A stretch of 63,004 bases of DNA, filler included, from Stramenopiles sp. TOSAG23-2 (taxonomy: Eukaryota), in NCBI GenBank assembly GCA_900128395.1. It is 5 parts of 5 records of this genome, joined end to end, with 100 filler letters (N's around TTAATTAATTAA, not from the genome) between each part and the next. Parts side by side here need not be neighbours in the genome. Positions count along the whole stretch, not along the records: positions 25,277 to 37,790 come from LT649848.1; positions 37,891 to 50,399 come from LT649849.1; 3 more parts are not named here. One strand, 5' to 3'. The stretch's first letter is position 1, and each line of letters starts with the position of its first letter. A program made the translations under genes and the position numbers. Below are positions 34,201 to 42,700 of the stretch, piece by piece. The notes beneath the pieces are model-generated. The model was not told the origin of the DNA. It did no database searches and was given only the letters and a program-made list of their open reading frames with translations.

Positions 34201-37137
34201 TTTACATGCCCAACATGAATATTCCCAAGTCAATATAGCAGCTGGAAAAATAATCATCACGTTGATGTAATTCCACACAACTACAGTCCCCATAAACATT
34301 CCGAATTCTTTAACAACCCGGACAGCACTGAAGAGATTAGCATAGAAAGAACCTGCGGTTGTGACGGTGGTGACGAGCATTGCGCTTCCAGCTTCTTTGT
34401 ATGCCCATTTCATGCGTTGCACTGGCGTAGATTTACTCCCAAGAACAGCTTCCGCTTGTGAATACGTGTCAAACAATACAAATGCGTCATCAGCCCCAAT
34501 TCCCATGATCAGAAACAATGCAACAAAATTTAATAACATCATAGACTTGATTCCAAAATAAATATAAAAGATTGCATATCCAGCTGGAAATGAAAGTAGG
34601 ATACTAGTCATTGCAACGAAAGCTAAAAATGGACTCTCTAAATGCATGAGAACAAAAAAACCAACGAAAGAAAAAGATCCCAAGGCAAACAATACATCAT
34701 GCATTAATGCTTCGTTAATTTCGTGATCTAACAACGTATTTCCTTCAAAGAATGTCATTGTTACATGCTTGAATTCTTTTTCATTTGCCGTTGCTAAAAA
34801 TTCATCGTAGAATTTTTCCAACCATCTATAATAATTTCCTTTCTTCTTCAAAGCTAATACTTTCTTTACAAATGTTTTGTCGCGTTTGAAACGATAACCA
34901 AAATCAAAGTGAGAGCGAGTCAGTTCACTTTTTAAATTTTTTGGTCCGAAATCATTGTCAGAGAACCAGAAGACGCCTGTTTCTACCATTGCTTTCAATA
35001 CAAACTCAATATCTAGAAGGATATTTCCACCTGTGTAAACACCAACCTCGGAAGAGTTACCACCATTTCCATCTCCTTTACTGTAGAACAAGTTCATTGG
35101 GGAAAGTGGGACGATACAATCCACTTCTTCGTCATTCGTTTCAGCCTTAAGACACCACGTTTTGTAATCAGCAAATTTTTGTAATTTATCTTCAAATTTC
35201 TTAATCTCTTTAATACAATCTTCCGTAAATATGCCTTTGCTTAAATCTTTAGCGTGGTAAAATACATCAAGGCCCCCACTTATCTGATGCACTCGATAAG
35301 CTGATTTTGCAGCTAACCTTCGCCTCGTCTTTACTTTAGGTGGCTTATGCTTCAATCCAGCGGATGCTTTAGCATATTGAAAAGCAGTCAATTCTCGTTT
35401 CATAACAGTTGCGGCTGATAAATAATTTGCAAAATCGGAATCAACTGTAATTGTCCAATTGGAAGCTTCCATACCAAGATAACTTACATATACCGGTAAC
35501 AAAGTACCTAGAATTAAAACTATTGCTGGGCATCTAGTCATAACTATAATCCAAATGCTAAATGGACCGGTTATTTTTACCGGTTTGTTCCTGAGTTTCA
35601 TGGAAATTGTACTGATTATTGGCTCTCCAAGAATCCATATCGTAAGAATTCCAGCAAGCATCCCAAGATATTCCAGAGGTATTCTATAATGTGTAGAAGT
35701 TACAATTGCCCTCGGTGGTCCATATAACTCATCTTCCACAGCATTCCAATTCGTCGACCCAATTATAGCTAAGATGGACATGTAACACTTTTGACGGATG
35801 ATAAGTGGTTGATCCCCATTAGCAGGGTCTACAGAAAGCTTAAATTGCCTATTGGTTCGAACGTGTTGCTCAATACCACTTAATACTTCAAAATTGGAAT
35901 AATTTGAATTTCGATTCTCACATATATGTGCTGTTGCAACTAATTCGCCAGAATCACCACCAATTGACTTTAATAAATCAGCTGAATTTTCCTCAATAAA
36001 TTTATATGTTGATCCGGGATTACTTTTCATGCTATCTGTTTTGAACCGTTCTCTAAATCCGCCAGATGTAAGTGCACTAGAACAAAACTTAGTATCCTTT
36101 TTAAATAAATCTGAACCTAAAAGATTTAAGATCGTTTTAATTGAAGAAGTATCAACAATGCCTGCCGCAATATCAACATTCCCCGAATACAATGTTTGTA
36201 GCTTCGATCTCATGCCGTTAGTCTCATCGAATATAGTATCTAACGTGGCATTTGTAAATGCGCCGTGTCCAAAGAATGCATACAAACCATTCCATTCTAT
36301 TTTATCGTTTCTTGTTCCAGGTGTATGTTGACAAAGTATCTTGACATTGCGTTGTGTAAGATCGATTATATCAACTATATCTTGAATAAATATTGATAAC
36401 AAAGGAAATTTTTTCTTTTGCAGTGGATCCATATTTTCACTGTAATAATAATTAATTGTTTGTATCGCGTAGTTTGCACCTTCATCAATTCCCCCAATAT
36501 ACAATCTACTTCGACCGACAATTGATTTTTTTAAAAGAAATTCTTCATAAGCGTCTAGTAAAATACCGACGTGATTATTCTGCTTCCCAAGCTGGCCATA
36601 GGGATGAATGCCAGGATACGATGCACTATTACCCAACCCTTCTAAATCTGGTAATACAACACAATACCCAGCAGACGCAGTTATGGCGTAGGTTGCAGCA
36701 AGATTATTGAACATGCATAAACCTGCAAATGCTACTTCATCGCATATAGGTCGTTCTGTTGGCACTGCTTTATGAAATACTTCGCTTTCATGGAAATATA
36801 TGAATGTGGAACAGTTTTGTGTCCCTGATGGCACTGATATTTTAGCAGTGAACTTCGATTTATCCTCATCTTTGTCGTCTTCATACGTCAATAAATAATC
36901 TGATACAGGATATTTTACTTGAAAATATCCGAGTACAATCGAACTTTGAACACTATCACTTTGTGCTGCTACTAACGCTTCTATTTCTGTAGTTGATCTG
37001 GTATATTGTTCCACAAATGAAACTAAGTTACCTGTAGAGACAACACCAGTAACAATTACAGCTATACATAAAAGTACCAGTTCAAACCGTATAGGTTTTC
37101 CTTGTAACTTTACCATTGAGAACAATAAACTTATCAT
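28291..37137 (-). CDS. Dispatched/Patched-like RND (sterol-sensing) membrane protein with N-terminal lipase-like domain, EGF domains and 12 Cys-containing beta repeats
   Basis: Uninterrupted 2948-aa ORF. Two RND TM bundles with GIGADD and GMSVDY motifs; N-terminal alpha/beta-hydrolase-like GYCVVLPDLEGLG...HPY; EGF units (CNKHGTC...CNCFAGWAGDGC; CPNGCSGNGDC...CMKGFDREDC); 12 ICY...P.C...C..G...KAIGC repeats; Thr/Pro stalk. Confidence 0.85.
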   Translation of the reverse strand: MISLLFSMVKLQGKPIRFELVLLCIAVIVTGVVSTGNLVSFVEQYTRSTTEIEALVAAQSDSVQSSIVLGYFQVKYPVSDYLLTYEDDKDEDKSKFTAKISVPSGTQNCSTFIYFHESEVFHKAVPTERPICDEVAFAGLCMFNNLAATYAITASAGYCVVLPDLEGLGNSASYPGIHPYGQLGKQNNHVGILLDAYEEFLLKKSIVGRSRLYIGGIDEGANYAIQTINYYYSENMDPLQKKKFPLLSIFIQDIVDIIDLTQRNVKILCQHTPGTRNDKIEWNGLYAFFGHGAFTNATLDTIFDETNGMRSKLQTLYSGNVDIAAGIVDTSSIKTILNLLGSDLFKKDTKFCSSALTSGGFRERFKTDSMKSNPGSTYKFIEENSADLLKSIGGDSGELVATAHICENRNSNYSNFEVLSGIEQHVRTNRQFKLSVDPANGDQPLIIRQKCYMSILAIIGSTNWNAVEDELYGPPRAIVTSTHYRIPLEYLGMLAGILTIWILGEPIISTISMKLRNKPVKITGPFSIWIIVMTRCPAIVLILGTLLPVYVSYLGMEASNWTITVDSDFANYLSAATVMKRELTAFQYAKASAGLKHKPPKVKTRRRLAAKSAYRVHQISGGLDVFYHAKDLSKGIFTEDCIKEIKKFEDKLQKFADYKTWCLKAETNDEEVDCIVPLSPMNLFYSKGDGNGGNSSEVGVYTGGNILLDIEFVLKAMVETGVFWFSDNDFGPKNLKSELTRSHFDFGYRFKRDKTFVKKVLALKKKGNYYRWLEKFYDEFLATANEKEFKHVTMTFFEGNTLLDHEINEALMHDVLFALGSFSFVGFFVLMHLESPFLAFVAMTSILLSFPAGYAIFYIYFGIKSMMLLNFVALFLIMGIGADDAFVLFDTYSQAEAVLGSKSTPVQRMKWAYKEAGSAMLVTTVTTAGSFYANLFSAVRVVKEFGMFMGTVVVWNYINVMIIFPAAILTWEYSCWACKMKFIKKKCCGKKNINASITPEDTVSGLVRFKMSSKKVISKRKLTRNLSRLHLKFREKGHQIDVSKLSAPEKCCHGCYTNCLHKFRFPLILFTICITLGFGALAAASFKLASGTPTIFLENRNLGRFAVLMKTKFAGSTPADLEMANKAFPRDVTLKEENCPGTTVDGSVQCNKHGTCDSETFRCNCFAGWAGDGCDSIAISVATPKITPLSGPWGTNLTISASNAFNICYRTSTLTCNNDGTCPNGATQIEGTSGIIPNLVGNTTYFAMGCTDVSTGNAHSSISEIEITIETTTAAAPTFIGGSSKIKKSYGRTVTINSATANYICYDDTNDPVCNATSLTCSIGTMIAGTTGETVGITSSVTMKAIACGDGKGHLDSAVISQEVELVTKTVGDVTVDVTSLEDVDTQGKNITLSAVDADNICYYAHEEGESAEPTCGNDGTCTGEAKTISGDFGMVTIRKHNTVIKARGCIDTAYGDKISVNIKSYTISVTNLVGVPVISGIDDNNQIGYGTTVNIKSVFAGYICYTINGTEPSCTSNAATCGAGSTIKTGSFTSPTYKLEINTDSLTTVGNYIKAVGCGARRNGRDTDSAIYSTTSTISFKPVDAGAIEFAYDSNSNFDADGKILHGGQVILTSTNAVRICYRVGSSGDDPTCHSNGTCVGDALSLTGSTVTTNAITDTSETGTNFKIRAIGCRNKGQNAADAHSSMRTKQLDRVSVQLTEPTVTGSAAGAGGKMQSDSSTPTNYYFTVAADVTLGSTAQTILNFDNDQIIPKGFCYLDDGNTPECNNDGLGTSCNAGKGTYIDAAGSSTVSISGISSTKEFKAIACSLHNWGYHNSQATSTAVNVNKVDKAGVPTVDITQGNVGATVTVTSTNATKICYQSATGTTAVNDPECKDDGTGCKIGKGTTITTTFSVASETTNYKLIGCMNTGPNDYNFHSEVSSVIKITTIVTAEDPTIYTVNGGTSTSQYVLTDNDKTGIDGQITLTAPSTYNSGITTKQCYTKDGATNPGCDESGKCDSNSLTYSNGIIIQGDDTISNVIIKAINCLPPPNGNSNIITIGTYTPVFQPQQIRFDGSLNTDSKEIANGSSMQLEASHASHICYTVDNANDPVCTTTGCSTGTKISSKISPPQPVYRGNAIGTIKGPTQALGSSDGIVKAIACTDNVNDTPATGVSSKPYTIATITAGAVNMVGVLYSETDSNTVRKGGAVTLSSIGAVRICYSIGSADAACETNNCTAGTEISASEGDTSAIFAATSITAIGCADVNSDKATGSFTLEVVQPVNMLAEVKSGTSTNTLKYGGRVQLSSSNAKFICYTSDGSTPSCAACNDDESCASDGNDACTTGSVRLTTEYTSIFKSIDKVTVKAIGCHTAQSTATETEFDIEATQATAPELTKVDIHSEDKIQIFIEAGTAVNVCWSHNASNVFCHQNGTCGGHIWPVNIIQATNEGVSTVDLGKFPSGMDFYAISCGRSGISGSSDSIVVHENFTLTPVTTQPPMTTTATSTIAPTQRPTTATPELATITTPELATTTTPTCPNGCSGNGDCDEFGECQCMKGFDREDCSVKLVPLGDSVEFAILFGIDNTGDGYDKENNTIYTFNPKFDMKTKLAQSFLLEVCQRARADVTLKARPDWPQQCWIQKLAENVEVFPISPAFFPMAIEQFFVQTKGVYDPDIETHGEKYKGKIIWAALRFRINVQLSVGAFEIMPYYEKWKKFLDDEINPIAPPEVGYGKIVSAHFTSSDTEIEIIYSTIASFLTSNGICLVAIIVFTGDLLISGYAMVAIMMIVITLLGVLFGIVGFTFGAIEAVGVTIFVGMSVDYCLHLAHGYHSSTHSTRREKIQDALTHLGVSIVMGAITTGGAAFFLFFCYLYLFYQLGMMMFFNTIFALYFSLVFLSAMLVAAGPNGATCDVYAWPMIVIGLICGKNGNKKIDMTESQAKGVLLAAAAFEHGEHNHDDEDENAFEMI

Positions 37138-37268
37138 GCTTAAAATGAAGGAGAATAAAATCAGCTAATAATAAAGAATGCATTCAAAATTAAATAAACA
37201 AAGAAATGTATTTATACTAGAATTCAGAATAGTCTATTGATGCTGGATTGCCAAACGCTGCATTCTTT

Positions 37269-37488
37269 AATAAGTTACAAACTGATATTATTTAAGAGCT
37301 GAAATGAAATTTTACCAAAATTTTGAAAGCTGGAATCGAATGGATGTTGGNNNNNNNNNNNNNNNNNNNNNNNNNNNNNNNNNNNNNNNNNNNNNNNNNN
37401 NNNNNNAATAAGTTACAAACTGATATTATTTAAGAGCTGAAATGAAATTTTACCAAAATTTTGAAAGCTGGAATCGAATGGATGTTGG
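37269..37488. other. Scaffold gap (37351-37406) flanked by an identical 82-bp duplication, probably an unmerged overlap
   Basis: 37269-37350 is identical to 37407-37488 and abuts the N run on both sides. Confidence 0.85.
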
Positions 37489-37790
37489 TGATAAAAAAGA
37501 CTATAAAACTTTTAATATTTATTCAATAAATAATTAACATTTTTTTCTACACCAAAACAAGTTTGGTGCTTTCCTGGCTTTGTGTTTTTTTACATTTTTT
37601 TTATTATTATTAATACACTGTACCAGACTGGCAGACTACCTGTGGTATAATACTGGAATACAACTAAAAAAATTGTCTGTCCCCTTTTTGTGTTATAATA
37701 ACAAGTATGGCCATAGCATATAGCATAGTAAAGGCCATTTATTGGGGATAGGCAAAGCAAACAAAATAATATTATACTATCAAGTATAAA

Positions 37791-37890
37791 NNNNNNNNNN
37801 NNNNNNNNNNNNNNNNNNNNNNNNNNNNNNNNNNTTAATTAATTAANNNNNNNNNNNNNNNNNNNNNNNNNNNNNNNNNNNNNNNNNNNN
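37791..37890. other. Artificial contig spacer (44N-TTAATTAATTAA-44N)
   Basis: Same construct as at 12557. Confidence 0.97.
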
Positions 37891-37911
37891 TCTTTATATA
37901 TATATATAGCA

Positions 37912-37918
<7 letters not shown>

Positions 37919-37954
<36 letters not shown>
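37919..37954. repeat. (AT)n microsatellite; similar tracts at about 2729-2756, 11337-11362 and 23474-23497
   Basis: Perfect AT dinucleotide run. Confidence 0.9.
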
Positions 37955-37957
<3 letters not shown>

Positions 37958-38155
37958 AATTATGTGTAAGAGAAAATTTTTATACGTGTATTATTAAAAT
38001 ATATACTTCGTATGTACTTTCGTAGATTAATTAATGCATAACTTGTTTTTTATAAATTTACTCCATGATAATTCCTACACTTTAACACACTCACATGTTA
38101 CACTTTCATTTTATTTTCCATCATATTTCTTTTTCTTTCACACCATCATTTCATT

Positions 38156-38851
38156 TTACACAATATTAGGACTACGTGCTTCATTCAGTTCTGATTCTTG
38201 TTTTTTCATATTTCTTACGTTTTTCTCTATCAATTCATCTACTGTTAAAGGATAATATTCTTTGCCTTGATACAAATAAACACCCCAAACATACCAATTG
38301 TACATCCATAACATTGCACTTCCAGTACAAATAGCAATTACAACAATATATGCGCCTGGAGTTGAATAAAATTTAACACATGCACTGAATGAAAGTGTGA
38401 GCAAAAAAAGAAATGAACCTAATGCAAACAGAAATAATGTAAACTTCCATTGCCTTTCGCATTGATTTTTCCAAAATTGAAAGAAACCTTTTTTATCATT
38501 ATGTTGCATACTTATTAACGTAATGCAAGTTAATAATAAAGTTGCTTGAACCATAACCATAGCCATAATAGCAACTTCCAGCGAAGTCGTAGCCGCATAT
38601 GTTATCACCAACCAATCTGGAACTGTTTCTTCGACACTAAGCTCAATAAACATAACAATCGTGAAACCTGCTACAAGTGCTGATAAATTAGCAATACTTT
38701 TCAATGCACGACATTTTAAATCAACCATCCTTTCCTTCTGTTCAACACCTATTGCAAGTGCCTCATTTTCTCTCCAAGCTATATCTTGTTTTCGCCATTC
38801 TGTTTGTCGATAATAATCATTAGCCGATATTCCAGTTTGTACAAACTCCAT
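38156..38851 (-). CDS. ORAI: Orai-family calcium release-activated Ca2+ channel subunit
   Basis: TM1 LKSIANLSALVAGFTIVMFIEL matches Orai SALLSGFAMVAMVE with the selectivity Glu; four TM segments. Confidence 0.85.
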   Translation of the reverse strand: MEFVQTGISANDYYRQTEWRKQDIAWRENEALAIGVEQKERMVDLKCRALKSIANLSALVAGFTIVMFIELSVEETVPDWLVITYAATTSLEVAIMAMVMVQATLLLTCITLISMQHNDKKGFFQFWKNQCERQWKFTLFLFALGSFLFLLTLSFSACVKFYSTPGAYIVVIAICTGSAMLWMYNWYVWGVYLYQGKEYYPLTVDELIEKNVRNMKKQESELNEARSPNIV

Positions 38852-39057
38852 TTTACTTTTTCTAATTTAGTCGTTTTCTTTTTCCCTCAACTATTATTTA
38901 ATAACTTTTGTATTATTATTATTCTTTCCTTTCATATCAAAAATATATAATAAATAGATGTCATATATATGAACACCACGTGTTCTATTTTTTTTATTAA
39001 TAATAACTATAATAAAATTTTTTATTTCGGTAGTTATATTGTTGGTTTCCAAAACGA

Positions 39058-39474
39058 TGAGACAAACTTTTTTTAAAATAAGGTCATTTTAAAAAAAAAA
39101 AAATAAAAATAATAAAATAATAGAATAAACTGTGTGCTATACAAATTTATGCCTATCACTTACGATCAATTTTACATATATCAATTTTAACATATAACAA
39201 TGTAACTTTGACGGAAAAGTAAAAAGGACTACTATAACAATAAATAGAATAAACTGTGTTATACAAATTTATGCCTATCAGTTACGATCAATTTTACATA
39301 TATCAATTTTAACATATAACAATGTAACTTTGACGGAAAAGTAAAAAGGACTACTTTCACTTTTTATACTTGAACGACTTTTTAGACTATTACTCTTTGT
39401 TTATATTTTTAGTTTATTATTTTTTTATTTTTTTTTTTTTAAAATGGACCTTATTTAAAAAAAAGTTTGTCTCA
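39058..39474. mobile_element. 417-bp MITE-like foldback element with ~60-bp imperfect TIRs and an internal ~123-bp tandem duplication
   Basis: TGAGACAAAC(T)nAAATAAGGTCATTTT(A)n at 39058 is mirrored by (T)nAAAATGGACCTTATTT(A)nGTTTGTCTCA ending 39474. Near-identical internal copies at 39119-39233 and 39243-39355. No clear TSD. Confidence 0.72.
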
Positions 39475-39754
39475 ATATTATACATAATATTTGTCGTATA
39501 TACACTGTGGCTACTCTTTCTTTCGAAAGAGTCTGACGACGCAGACTACACTGTGGCAGTTATACAACAACAAAACAAAACACAAATATTTATTGAAATA
39601 ACACAGACAACAAAACATATAAAAGTCATCATAGTATAAAAGCAGGATTTAATATCCTGTCAATCAATACGATTTACTTTGTTTTGGATTGTGTACATAG
39701 ATATTACAAATAAAAAAAGTTATAGGGACATACAAATATATTGTACAAAAGAGT

Positions 39755-42700
39755 ATGAATAGCGATAAAATAAATATAGCGGATTTACAACAATTGAATG
39801 TCTCGACGTTAACAACCATACGAGATGCGTTTAATAGTGCAGAGTCTTTGGATATGGCAGAATTTGTTGAGGTATTAAAGTTAGCGCATGAAAAAGAATT
39901 TCAAAAGTTAAAAGATGCAATTGGTGCAAATGATTTAATAAATGCTGATCAGATTCAAGATAAGAAAAAGCGTACATCATTCAAAACACATCAAACGTTA
40001 CATCGCGTCTTTCAAAAAATTGATGCAAACGGTGATGGAAACTTAGATTGGGATGAATTTACTAATTACTTATTATTGGAAGAACAAGGAGCAGTGAATC
40101 TAAGAGAAGCTCTTGAAAAGACCGAAATTGCTTTACAAGATTTTCCAGAACCATCGATGAATGCAGGTCGTTACCATCGCGAAAGTATCAATGCTATTTT
40201 AAAATTAACAAAGGAGCAAGAATATTTAACATGTTCAGGGGATGGCGTATTACGAGTGTGGAGAGAAAACGATTTACATTTTCAACGAGCTACGCGAGTT
40301 GGTATACGTGTAACACACGCAGTTTTATTGACTCGCTCAAAAAAAATCGCTGTTAGTGCAATAGATCGCTCTATCCGATTTTTTGATGCTTTGACATTGG
40401 AGCGATCTGGTGCAATCCTTCATCTTCCTAGTGTTGTAACAACATTGGGGTATTATCATTCAGAACAGAAGGAGAAACACAATATAGAAATGTTATTTGC
40501 CGGTGATGACCAGGGTTTTTTGAATACCTTTACCCTATCAGTCAATGAGTTTTGGCATGTTGGCACTGTTGAATCTTACATCGATTTAGCAGATTTTCCA
40601 AATCTAACCCATGGTGTTAAATATGACGGTGAATGGATTCATGACGAGTGGATAACCCAGATTAAATTTTATGAAGATTTGGACGACCTTGTGACCTCGT
40701 CGATGGATGGGACTTTAGCATTTGTCGATTTAGATCGAAACAGACAAATATGGAATAATGGAAATAAAAATGGAATCCTTACTAATTTTGATGATGAATT
40801 TAATAATACATTTGCAAATGAAAAAAATAAAAAGAACATAAAACCAAAAAGTTCAAGAATAGTAAGAAGATTTACTGTACATTCAAAAGCTGTCCATAGT
40901 TTCATTTATTGTCCATTAGCTAAATGTATTGCAAGTTCAGGCTTAAGCCGGGATATATTGATTTGGAATGCTCATTCCATGGGTATATTGGCAAAGCTAT
41001 CTGGACACATGGCACCTGTAACCGCATTAGTACTGCATGAAAATCAAGACAATACTACTAAAGATAGGAACCAATTGGTATCATTGTCTACAGACAAAGT
41101 CTTTAAAGTTTGGGATTTACGCACGTATCAAAATTTACAAACAATAATAGACAACAGCCTTTACAGGCCAGAAAATCGCATTTCTTCCTTTTTCTTCGAT
41201 ATAAAAAACCGGAGGTATGATGCTCCATGCTTAGTAACAGGAACGAATCGATTGACATTATGGCCTATTGTAAAAACCAGCACTGAAAGCGTTGGTACCA
41301 CGCATTCTGCTCCGATTGCAGGTGCAATGTATAATAAAACATTTGATCAAGTTATAACGGGAGCTCTTGATGGATCTATTGATGTATGGGATTATTCAAC
41401 TGGGAATATTGTGTTTAAATTTGATAAAGCGCATAATATGGCTAAAATGACATGCATGTGTCTTGATTTTAATCAACGTCGATTGGTCACTGGTGCTGAT
41501 GATGGTTCGTGTAAAATTTGGAACTTTTCCAATGGACAGTGCCTTCAACGATTTGGTGGAAGTCAATCCCCACAAGAATTGACATCAGTTGTTTTTGCAT
41601 GCGAGCATCCAAAACGCTCTGCTGCTGCTGAAGAATCAAACACTTTTGGGTTTAGTAAGGTTGGTAACAATAATGGCAACAACGACAGCGATAGTAGCAA
41701 CAATGACAAGAATACGGACGATAGTATGAAATACATTTTAACGGCAGGATGGGAACGAAGAGTGTTTGTATATAAAGAAGGAAGTAGTGATACAGTTTTG
41801 CAACCATTCAGTCATTGCATGCCACCTCTTTCATATATAGAGAAACAGAATATTTTAAATGCTGGGGGGAAAGCTAGAAAAATGTACAAGATGAGACCTC
41901 GTGCTCGTCAGGTCCGCCCTAGATCGGCGCATGTACAAAGACGATTTGGAAACAATGCAAGATTAAAGAACCACCCGTTGATGATGAAACGTGCAATTAA
42001 TGCTGGCCCGAGACCAGTATCAGCGGCGCCAATGAGAAGAAGAGAGAAAAATATAAAATCTGAAAAGTCCTACTCAACAACCGCGCATATGGACGATATA
42101 ACATGCATTTGCCATTGTCCTCCTAGGATGGTTGCTAGCGGTGGCGCCGATGGTTACGTAATACTCTGGTCCTTAGAATCGGGGCATCGAAAATGGAAAC
42201 AAAAGGCTATCGACAGTCACCACCACCATCACCAAGTATTTGATAAATTGAGTCGTGGCAATAAATCCAAAAGCAAAAAGTCAATGCCTGGCTCTGTTGA
42301 AGTTTTAGTATACCATGAGAAACTTTCGACGTTAATATCAACTGGAACTGACAGCCAAATACGATTTTGGAACGTACATGTTGGTAATATGCTTGCTGTC
42401 ATTGATGGTGATCAGTCGTCTACCATAACCTCAATGATACTTCCAACACCAAACCCTTTAAATAATACATACATGTTTGCCGGGGATTCATCTGGTCAAA
42501 TTATTATTTGGCATGGTGATATAGATTCTGTACCAGCATTGCATGAACGAAATGTCAATGGTGCAAAAAAATTTTCAGATAATTCAAATATTATACATCA
42601 AAGTTTTATACCACAGCGACCTGGAACATCATTGGGTGGAGTTATGACTCATAATAATAGCCAATTTAAACAACCAGTTAGACCAAATAGTGCTGGTATT

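Noticed and set aside
37269..37488. 82-bp direct repeat as an LTR or tandem element
   Set aside because: Identical copies directly abut an N gap; typical unmerged scaffold overlap.
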